Shown: piece by piece, positions 20,873-30,433 of the stretch
Numbering within the stretch: the first letter of the stretch is position 1
Layout of the letters: every line of letters starts with the position of its first letter
Assembly (NCBI GenBank): GCA_013150955.1
Contig: JAADJD010000027.1
Span: 33,522 to 97,521 of the forward strand
DNA length: 64,000 nt
From: Calditrichota bacterium
GTDB taxonomy: Bacteria; Calditrichota; Calditrichia; RBG-13-44-9; J042
Direction: 5' to 3'
Program-made: the position numbers and the translations under genes
The notes under the pieces: generated by a model
Seen by the model: the letters and a program-made list of their open reading frames with translations, nothing else
Databases searched by the model: none
Told to the model about the DNA's origin: nothing

Positions 20873-21769
20873 ATGGATTTAAAAACGCTGGAAAAGAAAT
20901 ACGCCAGTGGGGTGGAATTGTTAAAGCAATATGGCTATTACGATCGGGTCATTGAAGAAATCCACCTGCTGGTGAAGTATTTCGATACCAATTATTTTCT
21001 CCAGCTGCTTACGGAAAATATTTTTGATGACATCAAGGGCACGTTTCGCTCCTTTGTGCAAAAGGAATTAAAAGCGGTTTACGATGAATTGCAGGACAAT
21101 CCCACGCTCACGCTTTCCCCTTTTCTGGAACGGGAATTTAACAGCCTGACCATTTTGCTCAGTTGTTCGTTAAATGTCAAGTATCAGGTGAGTGGATTGA
21201 TGCGCTATGAACAAACCCGGCGTTTGCCATTTAAGTCCAGCCTGTTGCAGGCCATTCACCGTAAATTAAACGGAGAGATTCAGGAATACTACAAGGAACT
21301 GTCGGACAATTACAAGAAATACTTTCGGCGCCAGTTCAGTGCGCCCATGAATTCCAATTCCCACGTTTCCATTCATTGCATTCGGGAATTGCAGAAAAGT
21401 TTTGAAGAATGTTTCATTCACCAGATGCAGAAGTTTTATGTGCTTTCGGAGGCATTACAATTTGTGCACGATTATTTCATCATGGAACTGAGGGGCAGCA
21501 TACAGGAGCGGGTATCGATTATTTTTCAGGAACGACGCGATCGGCTGGAGCGGATCATGACCTATTTTATTGAGGATTTAAAACGCAATTTCATCCGGGT
21601 GCTGGATCGCCAGCTGCGGCGGGGAAAAAGTTTTAAATGGATTCAGAAGGCATTCCTGTTATTCTTAGACAGCCCCCGTTTTGAAGAGCTGATGCGACGG
21701 GTGATTTATCAGAGCCTGTCGGCCTTGCAATATCGGTCGGAACCCAGCGACGCCCGTACCGGCACCTGA
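20873..21769 (+). CDS. hypothetical all-helical protein, no recognised family
   Basis: 298-aa open frame with no competing long ORF; AAGGCGG upstream. Confidence 0.75.
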   Translation: MDLKTLEKKYASGVELLKQYGYYDRVIEEIHLLVKYFDTNYFLQLLTENIFDDIKGTFRSFVQKELKAVYDELQDNPTLTLSPFLEREFNSLTILLSCSLNVKYQVSGLMRYEQTRRLPFKSSLLQAIHRKLNGEIQEYYKELSDNYKKYFRRQFSAPMNSNSHVSIHCIRELQKSFEECFIHQMQKFYVLSEALQFVHDYFIMELRGSIQERVSIIFQERRDRLERIMTYFIEDLKRNFIRVLDRQLRRGKSFKWIQKAFLLFLDSPRFEELMRRVIYQSLSALQYRSEPSDARTGT

Positions 21770-21805
21770 TCGCCAATCGGTGGTCTGCAATGAAGAGGCT
21801 TTTAA

Positions 21806-22026
21806 CCCCGATTATGCCTTAGACCGCGAATTACACGAATGAACACCAATAAAAATAATAAAGTACATCGGGTTGTATCAGGATGAAAATGTGTTTCGGT
21901 GTTTATTTGCGGTTTTGTGGATACGTTTTGGTTTCATTCGCGTGATTCGCGGTTAAATGCATTATTTGGGTTTATTGCATTATTGGGGTTAATTCGTGTG
22001 GTTCGTCGGCGATTGCGTGATCCGGG
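21806..22026. mobile_element. 165-bp MITE-like element (21806-21970) followed by extra right-end remnants
   Basis: CCCCGATTATGC...GCATTATTTGGG, flanks TTTAA/TTTAT; further ends TATTGGGG and ATCCGGG up to 22026. Confidence 0.8.
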
Positions 22027-22070
22027 TTAAACCCAGCAAAATGCAAAAGGGTTGGGCGGCCAGGAAGAGA

Positions 22071-23396
22071 TTAACGCGAATGGTGCAAATCGGAACGCTG
22101 GGTCACGTTTCCAATTTGTTTGAAGATGGGGTGATTTTCCGGGAGGCATTTTTTAAAGTAGCCGCGGCTAATTTCCCAGAGTTTTCGCGCCTCGTCGGTC
22201 AATCCCTGACGAAAGAGGATATTCCCGCGGTACATGTAGATGTTGCCCATGGCCTCGTCGGAGCTTTCGAACTTTACAATCAACTCTTCAAATAACTTTT
22301 CGCTGAATAGGAAGTTGTTGTATTTTACCACGAATTTTTCCAGATATTCAAACCCTTTGCGATCGTAGGGATTGTTTTTTAGCATTTCGCGGATCAGGTT
22401 TTCGATGGTGGCCACCTCCCCTTTGCGATCGTAATATTCCATCACATCCAGGTAGGCATCCTGTTGATCAGGCAGTAAATGAATGGCCTCGAATTCGTAA
22501 TCCAGGAATCGTTCTTCTTCGCCCAGATTTAGCAGAGAGAGCGCGGCCAGCCGCAGGGATTCGTAACGCATGTAAATTTCATCTTCGGAGAATTTTTGTA
22601 GCGCCAGATTGGCGTACTTAAAGCCCTGACTGTATTGCTTTTCCTGAAAGTAAATTTGCGCCAGCCGAAAGTAGGAGATGGGATCCTCAAAATTGTTTTC
22701 CACATTGCGCAGGTAAAATTCCTTTGCCTTATTGAAGTGATCCTGTTTGAAATAATAGTCGCCCAACCAGCGAAATACGTAGGCATCTTTGATGCCCAGT
22801 TTGACCACTTTCTGATAGTTGTCAAAAATGCGATTTTCGATTTCCTGAATGGATTGCTTTTTGAGCATGTTGGATTCGGCCTGATAGGAAAGTTGCATAT
22901 CGTAATAGTCGCCCAGCAATTTGTAAGCAGGGGCATAATCGGGGTGCAATTCGATGATTTTCTTCAGTACCCGATCAGGATAGCGCAGGGAAACCACCTC
23001 GAAATTGCGCAGGGAGTCAGCACTGCCTCCATTCCACTGGCTGGGATAGTCCCGCAAATAAAAAATTTGAAAATTGCGATGAGTGAAGTGATTTTTCAAG
23101 GCGTTTTCGACCATCTGGCAGGCGAACACCGGTTGCAGGCCAAAAGCCTGAATGGCGGCATCCAGCAGTTTGTGCGCGGATGCGAACTGCTTTTTCTGGA
23201 TCAGTTGCTGGGCGTCCTTCACCACGCTGGCCGAATCCAGGGCCGGAATTTCCTGAGCATACCCGACAAACGGCATGCCCAGCATTCCAATCATCATCAA
23301 CAGATACAAAAGTGTCCGTGCTGCTGACAAGTTCGTCTGCCCTCCTTTTACCCGCCGAATGAACCCTTCTTTTGTGAAAATTATGCGCACTTTCAT
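22071..23396 (-). CDS. TPR repeat protein with N-terminal hydrophobic/signal segment (start uncertain)
   Basis: Multiple TPR-like helices (AYKLLGDYY, FRWLGDYYF, YFRLAQIYF); GGGAG before ATG 23396. Confidence 0.8.
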   Translation of the reverse strand: MKVRIIFTKEGFIRRVKGGQTNLSAARTLLYLLMMIGMLGMPFVGYAQEIPALDSASVVKDAQQLIQKKQFASAHKLLDAAIQAFGLQPVFACQMVENALKNHFTHRNFQIFYLRDYPSQWNGGSADSLRNFEVVSLRYPDRVLKKIIELHPDYAPAYKLLGDYYDMQLSYQAESNMLKKQSIQEIENRIFDNYQKVVKLGIKDAYVFRWLGDYYFKQDHFNKAKEFYLRNVENNFEDPISYFRLAQIYFQEKQYSQGFKYANLALQKFSEDEIYMRYESLRLAALSLLNLGEEERFLDYEFEAIHLLPDQQDAYLDVMEYYDRKGEVATIENLIREMLKNNPYDRKGFEYLEKFVVKYNNFLFSEKLFEELIVKFESSDEAMGNIYMYRGNILFRQGLTDEARKLWEISRGYFKKCLPENHPIFKQIGNVTQRSDLHHSR

Positions 23397-23617
23397 GTCT
23401 CCCATTCCGAACATTCCGGGGTGCCGATTCACCCCGGTCTGATGTAATTCCTTAAAAATCGGGTTGTTTCGCATCCTACCCGCGACCGGCCACTTTGGCA
23501 ACTTCCATATTGGGTTCAAAAAGCATACCAATCCGAAAATTCACCGGTCATGCCGGATGATGGCTGACTTTTCCCACGATCTCCCGCTTGCAATTCACTA
23601 CCACCCCAGCGGGCGTT

Positions 23618-24100
23618 TTATTGTTTATACCCGATCTTTCGCAGAAATTCTTTCCGCTCCTGAATATCGGCTTCGGTTTCGAAGCCCTGACTTACCGAAC
23701 CGTCCACCACACCCAGCACGGAGCGTCCCATTTCTGTTTCGGCCAGAATCACTTCGGTGGGATTGGCCGTGGCGCAGTAGATGCGGCAGACTTCGGGTAC
23801 CATTTTTACGGCGTTCAGCACGTTGATGGGAAAGGCGTTTCCCAGGAAGATAAAGAATGTGTGTCCCGCAGCCACATTGGCCGCGTTTTTTTTGGCAATT
23901 TCAATAAGCTCGGCATCATTGCCGGTATAGCGAATCAGGGTTTTTCCTGAGGCTTCACAAAAAGAGATGCCAAATTTAATCCCTGGAGCGCTCTGCACCA
24001 CCGCCTCGTACAGATCCTCCACGGTTTTGATGAAATGGCTATGCCCCATGATGAAGTTCATGTCGTCCGGCTTTTCAATCTTGACCACTTTCAATTCCAT
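23618..24100 (-). CDS. adenosine-specific kinase / AMP transferase family (DUF355)
   Basis: [43 protein letters not shown]. Confidence 0.92.
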   Translation of the reverse strand: MELKVVKIEKPDDMNFIMGHSHFIKTVEDLYEAVVQSAPGIKFGISFCEASGKTLIRYTGNDAELIEIAKKNAANVAAGHTFFIFLGNAFPINVLNAVKMVPEVCRIYCATANPTEVILAETEMGRSVLGVVDGSVSQGFETEADIQERKEFLRKIGYKQ

Positions 24101-24240
24101 TGCGAACTCCTCCCGGTTGATGATCTGCTTCAAATTTAATTGTATTCAATGGGTTACGCAACAGAAACAATCCGCGGTTGCGGCAAGTATATCCTTTAGA
24201 AATCGTGGGAAACGGCGCCATTTCGGTTTGTAAATTTTTC

Positions 24241-24269
24241 TTGACTGATCTGAGCGAAATGTCTATATT
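24241..24269 (+). promoter_or_regulatory. sigma70-type promoter for tRNA-Lys
   Basis: TTGACT-N17-TATATT about 33 bp upstream of the tRNA. Confidence 0.7.
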
Positions 24270-24301
24270 TGCCCTGCTTTTTGGCGCGGAGATTGTGCTG
24301 T

Positions 24302-24377
24302 GGGCCCGTAGCTCAGCTGGTAGAGCAGCGGCCTTTTAAGCCGTTGGTCCCAGGTTCGAATCCTGGCGGGCTCACCA
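24302..24377 (+). tRNA. tRNA-Lys(TTT)
   Basis: Cloverleaf GGGCCCG/CGGGCTC, D-arm GCTC/GAGC, anticodon loop CT-TTT-AA, T-loop TTCGAAT, encoded CCA. Confidence 0.98.
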
Positions 24378-24378
24378 G

Positions 24379-24408
24379 AAAAGGGGATGCGAAAATCGCA
24401 TCCCCTTT
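24379..24408. terminator. bidirectional intrinsic terminator
   Basis: AAAGGGGATGCGA-AAA-TCGCATCCCCTTT between tRNA-Lys and a convergent gene. Confidence 0.85.
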
Positions 24409-24439
24409 GTATTTTCGAACGTTCAGGGGCTGCCACGGA

Positions 24440-25099
24440 TCAGGCCTTTCGACCGGAAAGCCAGCTTCCAAGTAATCCATAAGCCATGAGTGCCACGCCG
24501 GGCAGGTAAAATCCCCACCAGAATCCACCCGGTTGAAATTGAAGAAATGCCTGCAGATCGCCACTTATCAGGTAGGGAAACGCCGGCTGAAGAAAGGCCA
24601 CCAGTGCCAGCACTGCACCCCCGATAAACGCAATCAGAAATTTTCCCGATAAGCAGGATTCTTTCGAGTCATTTAATACCAGAAGTCCCCAAATGGCAAA
24701 TAGCAGAGCGATGACCACCGGGGTTAACCAGGGACCAAACCAGGCCCAGGGAATTAAGAATAAAATGTCCCATTCTCCCCAGCGAACCGGCCATCCGATG
24801 GTGACCTTCAGCCAGATGTAATAAAACACGTCCCAGACGCCAAACTGGTACACAAAGGCCGCAAAAATGCGGGTGGCATTTCCTGGAATCGCCAGAAACG
24901 CCACACTCAACATCATGATCAGCGTCGAAGCCTCGCGACCCAGCTCTACCACAAAATCCAGTGGTGTGAACATCTTTGGGGGAAAAATCTGTAAGATGTT
25001 TTCCGGGTAGTACAATTCCCGCAGGTACACCACCACCGCTGCTTCCAGAAAGGCCATGGCTATGGCATACAGGGTTAGCCAGAAAAGAACGCGTTTCAT
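24440..25099 (-). CDS. conserved hypothetical integral membrane protein
   Basis: IAMAFLEAAVVVYLR, REASTLIM, FGVWDVFYY, WDILFLIP; about 6 TM helices. Confidence 0.85.
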   Translation of the reverse strand: MKRVLFWLTLYAIAMAFLEAAVVVYLRELYYPENILQIFPPKMFTPLDFVVELGREASTLIMMLSVAFLAIPGNATRIFAAFVYQFGVWDVFYYIWLKVTIGWPVRWGEWDILFLIPWAWFGPWLTPVVIALLFAIWGLLVLNDSKESCLSGKFLIAFIGGAVLALVAFLQPAFPYLISGDLQAFLQFQPGGFWWGFYLPGVALMAYGLLGSWLSGRKA

Positions 25100-25253
25100 A
25101 GGTCTCCCTCCAATTTACGGTTTCGCCGTGAAGGTTCGCTGGAATTCAGCAAACTCGTAAAAAAAGATTCTGTTCCCCTCAATTATTGGTTAATTTAAGC
25201 AGGAATCGATCAACAGTAAACCGAATCTCGCTGGAATTGAGGTTGGAAGCGCA

Positions 25254-26378
25254 ATGCCCCAAAGACGATCCGAAACCCCATCCGATGCTGCTTCTGGTAG
25301 TGGATTGAAGATTCTCCACACCGCCGATGTACACATTCGTGCGTTTCAGGATGACCGCTGGCAGGCGCTGCAGGTGGTTCTGACCGTGGCCACCCAGCAG
25401 AACGTGGATGTGGTGGTCATCAGTGGGGATTTGTTCGATGCCGCCTACCAGGGGGAACAGGTGCGGGATCGAATCCGGGAGCTGTTTCAGACGTTTCCCG
25501 GTCACATCGTATTGATTCCGGGGAATCATGATTATCAGGCGTTCCTGGATGGGTATCTGTGGGGCAACAATGTGCAGGTCATCCTGGACGCTCGGGAGCC
25601 GGTTGTGTTCGAGGGGGTGTATTTTTGGGGAATCCCCTACGAAACCCTGTCGGAGGAGCAGATCACCTGTCGGTTGATGGAGCTGGATGCAATGGCACGC
25701 AGGCAAGCCCCCGATGCCGTGCATGTGTTGCTTTACCATGGGGAGCTGCTGAATGCTCGCGGTGGGCCGGGAGCGTACGGGGAGGAAACCGAACGGAGCT
25801 ACATGCCGGTACAGATCGAAGCTTTCAAAGGAAAAATCTGGCACTATGTTCTGTCGGGGCACTTTCACCAATCCTTTCAGTGCCATGAATTTGAATCCCG
25901 GAAATATTTTGTTTACCCCGGTTCGCCCATTTCGATTACCCGAAAAGAAACTGAAGCACGAAAAGTCAACATCTTTTCACTGGGCGAGCCACCCGGTCCC
26001 GTGGTGCTGGAAACCCCGCATTACCAGCCGGTGGAAGTGACGTTAAGCCCGGAAGACACCTGGTCAGTTTTCTTGAAGCGCTGTGAGGATCAGCTGAAAG
26101 CCCTGAGCAATCTGGCTATCCCCTTGCTGACAGTTGGCGGCAGTTTCGATTCCCATCAGCTGGGGAAAACCGAAAGGGAACTGCAGGATGCGCTACAGGA
26201 GGCCTTTCCACGGGTACAGATTGAGCGCATTCAGGCAGTGGATGTGCATCGCCTGTATGCCGATGACCTGTTTCAGACCCTTCGGGAAAAAATCGCGCAA
26301 CGGACGGATTTAAATCCCGATCAGCGGGAGGAACTGCTGGCGCTGCTCATAAAAGTCATGACTCAGGAACGCGTATGA
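25254..26378 (+). CDS. Mre11/SbcD-like metallophosphoesterase (YhaO-like)
   Basis: HTADVH, SGDLFD, PGNHD, LYHG, LSGHFH, YPGSP. Confidence 0.9.
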   Translation: MPQRRSETPSDAASGSGLKILHTADVHIRAFQDDRWQALQVVLTVATQQNVDVVVISGDLFDAAYQGEQVRDRIRELFQTFPGHIVLIPGNHDYQAFLDGYLWGNNVQVILDAREPVVFEGVYFWGIPYETLSEEQITCRLMELDAMARRQAPDAVHVLLYHGELLNARGGPGAYGEETERSYMPVQIEAFKGKIWHYVLSGHFHQSFQCHEFESRKYFVYPGSPISITRKETEARKVNIFSLGEPPGPVVLETPHYQPVEVTLSPEDTWSVFLKRCEDQLKALSNLAIPLLTVGGSFDSHQLGKTERELQDALQEAFPRVQIERIQAVDVHRLYADDLFQTLREKIAQRTDLNPDQREELLALLIKVMTQERV

Positions 26379-28702
26379 GGATCGAAAGTTTTCAAATCCA
26401 CCACTACGGTCCCCTGGAGGAGTCGCCTCGCATCCATCTGCGGGCATTTAATCTGTTCTGGGGAAAGAATGAGGATGGGAAGACCCTGACGCTGGAAGCT
26501 CTGGTTCGACTCTTGCTGGGCAAGGACAGCCGTAAGTTGGAGCATTATTTGCGGGTTCCGGAAATGCCCAGCGGTTATGTGGTGGTTCAGATGGATGAAG
26601 GGAAGACGATTCGATTGGAGGGGAGCCAATCCATCAGTCAGGAGCTGGATATTCCGGTTGGAATATTTTTAAACCTGTTTGTGGTTCGGAATAGCGATTT
26701 GTTGTTCCGGGAAGGTGACCGGTTTTATGCAAATGTTACCGAATTGTTGACGCAATCGCGAATATCGCGCATCAGTGGCCTGATTGAACGTGTGCATGAA
26801 GAAACCCAGCTGACGTCTACGGGAGACATTCGCGATACCGAGAAAAGCCAGAAATTGAAGAGTCGTTACATTCAGGCGAAGGAAATATTGAAGGAAATTG
26901 ACCGGCTCCAGGAAGAGGTGCGACGGCAGCGGTGGGATCAATTGTCACGAGAGCTGGCGGAAGTCCGGCAGCGGCTCAAAGAGGTGGATGAACGAATTGA
27001 GCGACTGGAAATGGCCGAACAGCAGACCCGTTACGAACAGGCGCGGCGGTTGTTGCAGGAGTACCAGGCCCTGCAGAAGCAGCTGCAACGCCTGAAAGGC
27101 ATTACCCACCAGGCAGCACAGGATTGGAACCAGCTGGAAAGCGAAATGAAATATCACCAGCGGGAAATCGCCGATCTGGAGCGTGCGCTGGAACGGGCCG
27201 AGGCAGGCATACGCCAGGACCAGCAACAGCTGAATGCCATGCAGGCAGAACTGGACAGTCTGACTCCCATCCGGGTGGGGATTGAGGAAACCCTGTTGCC
27301 AGAGTGGAAGACGTATCAGAAATATGCGGAGCAACTGGCGCAACGGCGGATTGGCCGCACCCTGTGGAACGGGTTGCTGGGGGGTGCCCTCGCTGCCACA
27401 TTGATCACCCTTTCCGCGGCATTGAGTGGGGGGAACATCATATTCCTGGTTATCTCGCTGGTCATTCTACTGGCTGTAATAACGGGTTATGTATTTTACT
27501 GGATCCGACCTCAGCAGCGATTGAATCGCCTTGTCCATGGCCTGATTCATCGCGGCATCGAGCTGGGCGTATCCGGGCAGACCGTGGAGGAGGTGATTCG
27601 GGAAGCGGAAGCGTTTCGGCGGGAGTGGCAGCGTAAGGAATCGGAATTCCAGCATCTGAAGGCGCGTCGAGATGCCGAAACCAGGCAGCTGGAGGAAAAG
27701 AAAAGGGATTTACAGTCCCGGATAAAAGACCATCATCAGTTGCAGGCTCGGCTGGAAGCATTGAAACGGGAGCTGAGCGTCTCTTCTCTGGATGAGCTTA
27801 ACAATCGCCTGCAGCAAAAGCTGGAATGGGAGAAGCAGTTGACCGGTATTCGGCAGCGCCTCAATCAGCTGCTGGGAATCCCCGAGCCGCCGGCCGGTCG
27901 GGAACAGGACATCTGGGCCAGTAGGCTGAAAGCCATTGCTCCCCCGGAAGGGGCCGGGCAACAGCTGGAAAACGTTACTTTCGATGAAAGCGCATTGCAG
28001 CGGTTACGCGCGGAGAAAAAACGGCTGGATCAGCGAAAAGAGAACCTGGAAGAAGCGGTGAGGAAGGTTCGAGAGCAGCTGGCGAACCTGGAGAATGAAG
28101 TTCGGCAGGTGTTGAGGGACTCTCCGGAACCGGTTCAGTGTCAGTCGGTGTTTGATCTGCCCCGAATTAAGGAACAACTGCAGGCATTTCGCAAAAGGGT
28201 GGAACGGCAGCAGTGGCGGGGAAAAACATTGGTTGATATTCTGAAACAGGCCCGGAAGGAGGAAGAGCATCGCATCGCCGATTTGTTTGGGAAGGAAAGT
28301 CCGGTCAGCCAGTATTTTTATGAGATTACGGGTGGACAGTATGCTTCCGTTCGGTATCATCTGGAGGAAAATCAGGTTCAGGTGATTCGGGAGGATGGGC
28401 AGCAGCTGTCCCCGGAACAACTCTCCGGTGGCACCTTCGATCAATTGTACTTTGCCATTCGAATGGCGCTGGGGACGAAGGTGCTGCAGGGACGCACCGG
28501 CTTCTTTATTCTGGATGATCCTTTTTTAAAAGCGGATCGGGAACGCCTGGAGATTATGATGAAGATGTTGCTGGAATTGAGCCAGCAGGGGTGGCAGATT
28601 CTGTACTTTTCTGCCAAAGATGAAATTCGCGAGGCACTGGCGCCTCTCATTGATGCGGGAGAGGTGGTGTTGCAGGATTTCCCTCACCCTCGTTATCATT
28701 GA
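26375..28702 (+). CDS. Rad50/SbcC-like coiled-coil ATPase (YhaN/AAA_27-like) with two central TM helices
   Basis: Walker A GKNEDGKT, signature LSGGT, Walker B/D-loop FILDDPF..AD, long coiled coil. Confidence 0.9.
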   Translation: MRIESFQIHHYGPLEESPRIHLRAFNLFWGKNEDGKTLTLEALVRLLLGKDSRKLEHYLRVPEMPSGYVVVQMDEGKTIRLEGSQSISQELDIPVGIFLNLFVVRNSDLLFREGDRFYANVTELLTQSRISRISGLIERVHEETQLTSTGDIRDTEKSQKLKSRYIQAKEILKEIDRLQEEVRRQRWDQLSRELAEVRQRLKEVDERIERLEMAEQQTRYEQARRLLQEYQALQKQLQRLKGITHQAAQDWNQLESEMKYHQREIADLERALERAEAGIRQDQQQLNAMQAELDSLTPIRVGIEETLLPEWKTYQKYAEQLAQRRIGRTLWNGLLGGALAATLITLSAALSGGNIIFLVISLVILLAVITGYVFYWIRPQQRLNRLVHGLIHRGIELGVSGQTVEEVIREAEAFRREWQRKESEFQHLKARRDAETRQLEEKKRDLQSRIKDHHQLQARLEALKRELSVSSLDELNNRLQQKLEWEKQLTGIRQRLNQLLGIPEPPAGREQDIWASRLKAIAPPEGAGQQLENVTFDESALQRLRAEKKRLDQRKENLEEAVRKVREQLANLENEVRQVLRDSPEPVQCQSVFDLPRIKEQLQAFRKRVERQQWRGKTLVDILKQARKEEEHRIADLFGKESPVSQYFYEITGGQYASVRYHLEENQVQVIREDGQQLSPEQLSGGTFDQLYFAIRMALGTKVLQGRTGFFILDDPFLKADRERLEIMMKMLLELSQQGWQILYFSAKDEIREALAPLIDAGEVVLQDFPHPRYH

Positions 28703-28709
28703 GAACGGT

Positions 28710-29024
28710 CTATTTTAATTTAACCGCGGTGCCGTATGCCAGGATTTCGGAGGCGTTGGTCATGATGTAAGAGGTGCTAAAACGCACGTCGATCACGGCA
28801 TCGGCACCCAGAGCTTCGGCCTGGGTAATCATCCGATCCAGTGCCTGTTCCCTGGCTTCGGCGATCAATTTGGTGTACTCTTCAATTTCCCCGCCCACGA
28901 CGTTTTTGAAGAGAGCCACAATATCTTTTCCCAGGTGACGGCATCGCACGGTGTTGCCTTTCACAATGCCCAGAATTTCCTTCACCTCGCGTCCCGGTAC
29001 GAAATTGGTGGTGGAAATAATCAT
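28710..29024 (-). CDS. YbjQ / UPF0145 family protein
   Basis: GIVKGNTVR, VGGEIEEYT, AREQALDRM, GADAV, AYGTAV. Confidence 0.95.
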   Translation of the reverse strand: MIISTTNFVPGREVKEILGIVKGNTVRCRHLGKDIVALFKNVVGGEIEEYTKLIAEAREQALDRMITQAEALGADAVIDVRFSTSYIMTNASEILAYGTAVKLK

Positions 29025-29473
29025 CGCTGAACCTCCCGGTATTTATCGTGTCTGCGGATCATCAATTTTTCCCGAAGCACGGAAACGAACAGCACAATCA
29101 TGCCCAGCACCAACACCAGAATCCCCACCTTTTGGAGCGGGCTGAGCTGGGTGGTCTGGAGCACATCCCGCACAAAATCCACACTGGCGTATCCCAGCAG
29201 AATGATGATGCCCAGCGAGATGAGTATCCAGGCAATGCCTCGCTCCAGTCGATTGTACAGATGACGCCAGTATTCTTCCCAGGCCATTTCGGGTAAAAGT
29301 TGTTTTTTCATTTCACCGGTCACCTTTTTTATGGTTTTCAATTGATGAAATTCGTCCTGGCAAGGCTGACAGTGCCCCAGATGCCGCCGGAGCGCTTCCT
29401 GTTCTTCTGCGGAAGCTTCTTGATCCAGGTATTTCATCATCAGGATCTTTATTTCATCACAGGAGCGAATCAT
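29021..29473 (-). CDS. zinc-finger (zf-HC2) anti-sigma factor with two TM helices
   Basis: HLGHCQPC motif followed by two TM helices; overlaps the ECF sigma stop. Confidence 0.88.
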   Translation of the reverse strand: MIRSCDEIKILMMKYLDQEASAEEQEALRRHLGHCQPCQDEFHQLKTIKKVTGEMKKQLLPEMAWEEYWRHLYNRLERGIAWILISLGIIILLGYASVDFVRDVLQTTQLSPLQKVGILVLVLGMIVLFVSVLREKLMIRRHDKYREVQR

Positions 29474-30021
29474 CCGGGCACCCCTTTTAACAATTCGGCC
29501 AATTTTTTCCGGGCGTAGTAAAGCCGGGACATGACCGTCCCCAGCGGAATGTGTAGCGTATCGGCAATTTCCTGATAGGACAGTTCAGCCACTTCTTTTA
29601 GTAGAATGATTTCCCGATCCTTTTCCGGCAGCTGCTGCACCGCCTTCCAGATCCACCGGGCTTGTTCTTCCTGTTCCAGGCGATCCGGAAATGGTTCTGC
29701 CGGCTCCCGCAGTCGTCCGTTTTGACGCGCAAAAGCATCGCTAAACACGAACCATTTTCGGCGTTTCCGTTCCAGATAATTTAAACACAGGTTTTTGACA
29801 ATCTGATACAGCCACCCACCAAATGCATGGTCAAATCGATACTGATCCAGGTTCCGGTAAATCCGTAAAAAAGCTTCCTGCGATATATCCAGTGCGGCAT
29901 CGGGATTCTTCACGAAGAACATGGCGGTTGCATAAGCCTTTTGATAGTAACGCTGTACCAGTTCCTCGAATGCCTGCTTATCGCCCTGCTGACATTTCTG
30001 TATTAGTTCGGTGTCGGTCAT
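29470..30021 (-). CDS. ECF RNA polymerase sigma factor
   Basis: GDKQAFEELV, DISQEAF, WLYQI, LSYQEIA, GTVMSRLYYARKKL. Confidence 0.95.
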   Translation of the reverse strand: MTDTELIQKCQQGDKQAFEELVQRYYQKAYATAMFFVKNPDAALDISQEAFLRIYRNLDQYRFDHAFGGWLYQIVKNLCLNYLERKRRKWFVFSDAFARQNGRLREPAEPFPDRLEQEEQARWIWKAVQQLPEKDREIILLKEVAELSYQEIADTLHIPLGTVMSRLYYARKKLAELLKGVPG

Positions 30022-30169
30022 CCCTCTGCCGCGATTTCTCCCTGATAAAGACCACTTTAATTACCCTTTGTGCGGGAAAATATTCGACCCCACGACAAAA
30101 AGTTTACGAAAGAAGTACCAGGGAAACAAATCCCGCCGGACAATTTTAAGGGCCCGTTTGATACTTTAT

Positions 30170-30332
30170 CCCAAATAAAGCAATAGCCTACGAATGACAC
30201 GAATGAACAAAAAAAACCAATTAAATACATTGGATTGGGTCTGGATGAAAATGTGTTCCAAGGTTTATTCGCGATTTTGTTGATATTTTTTGGTTTCACT
30301 CGCGTGCTTCGTGGTTTAACGCATTATTTGGG
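30170..30332. mobile_element. MITE-like element
   Basis: CCCAAATAAAGC...GCATTATTTGGG; flanks TTTAT/TTTAC. Confidence 0.83.
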
Positions 30333-30433
30333 TTTACACTGGAAAAACGATTGGGGATCAGGGGATTGCCTTCCGACATCAGGTTTGGTAGATAACGATC
30401 CAGAGCATGTGCTCTGTTCCCTGAAAATCATCA

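Noticed and set aside
24302-30332. Genomic island integrated at tRNA-Lys
   Set aside because: I found no integrase and no repeat of the tRNA-Lys 3' end, and the genes do not look compositionally foreign.
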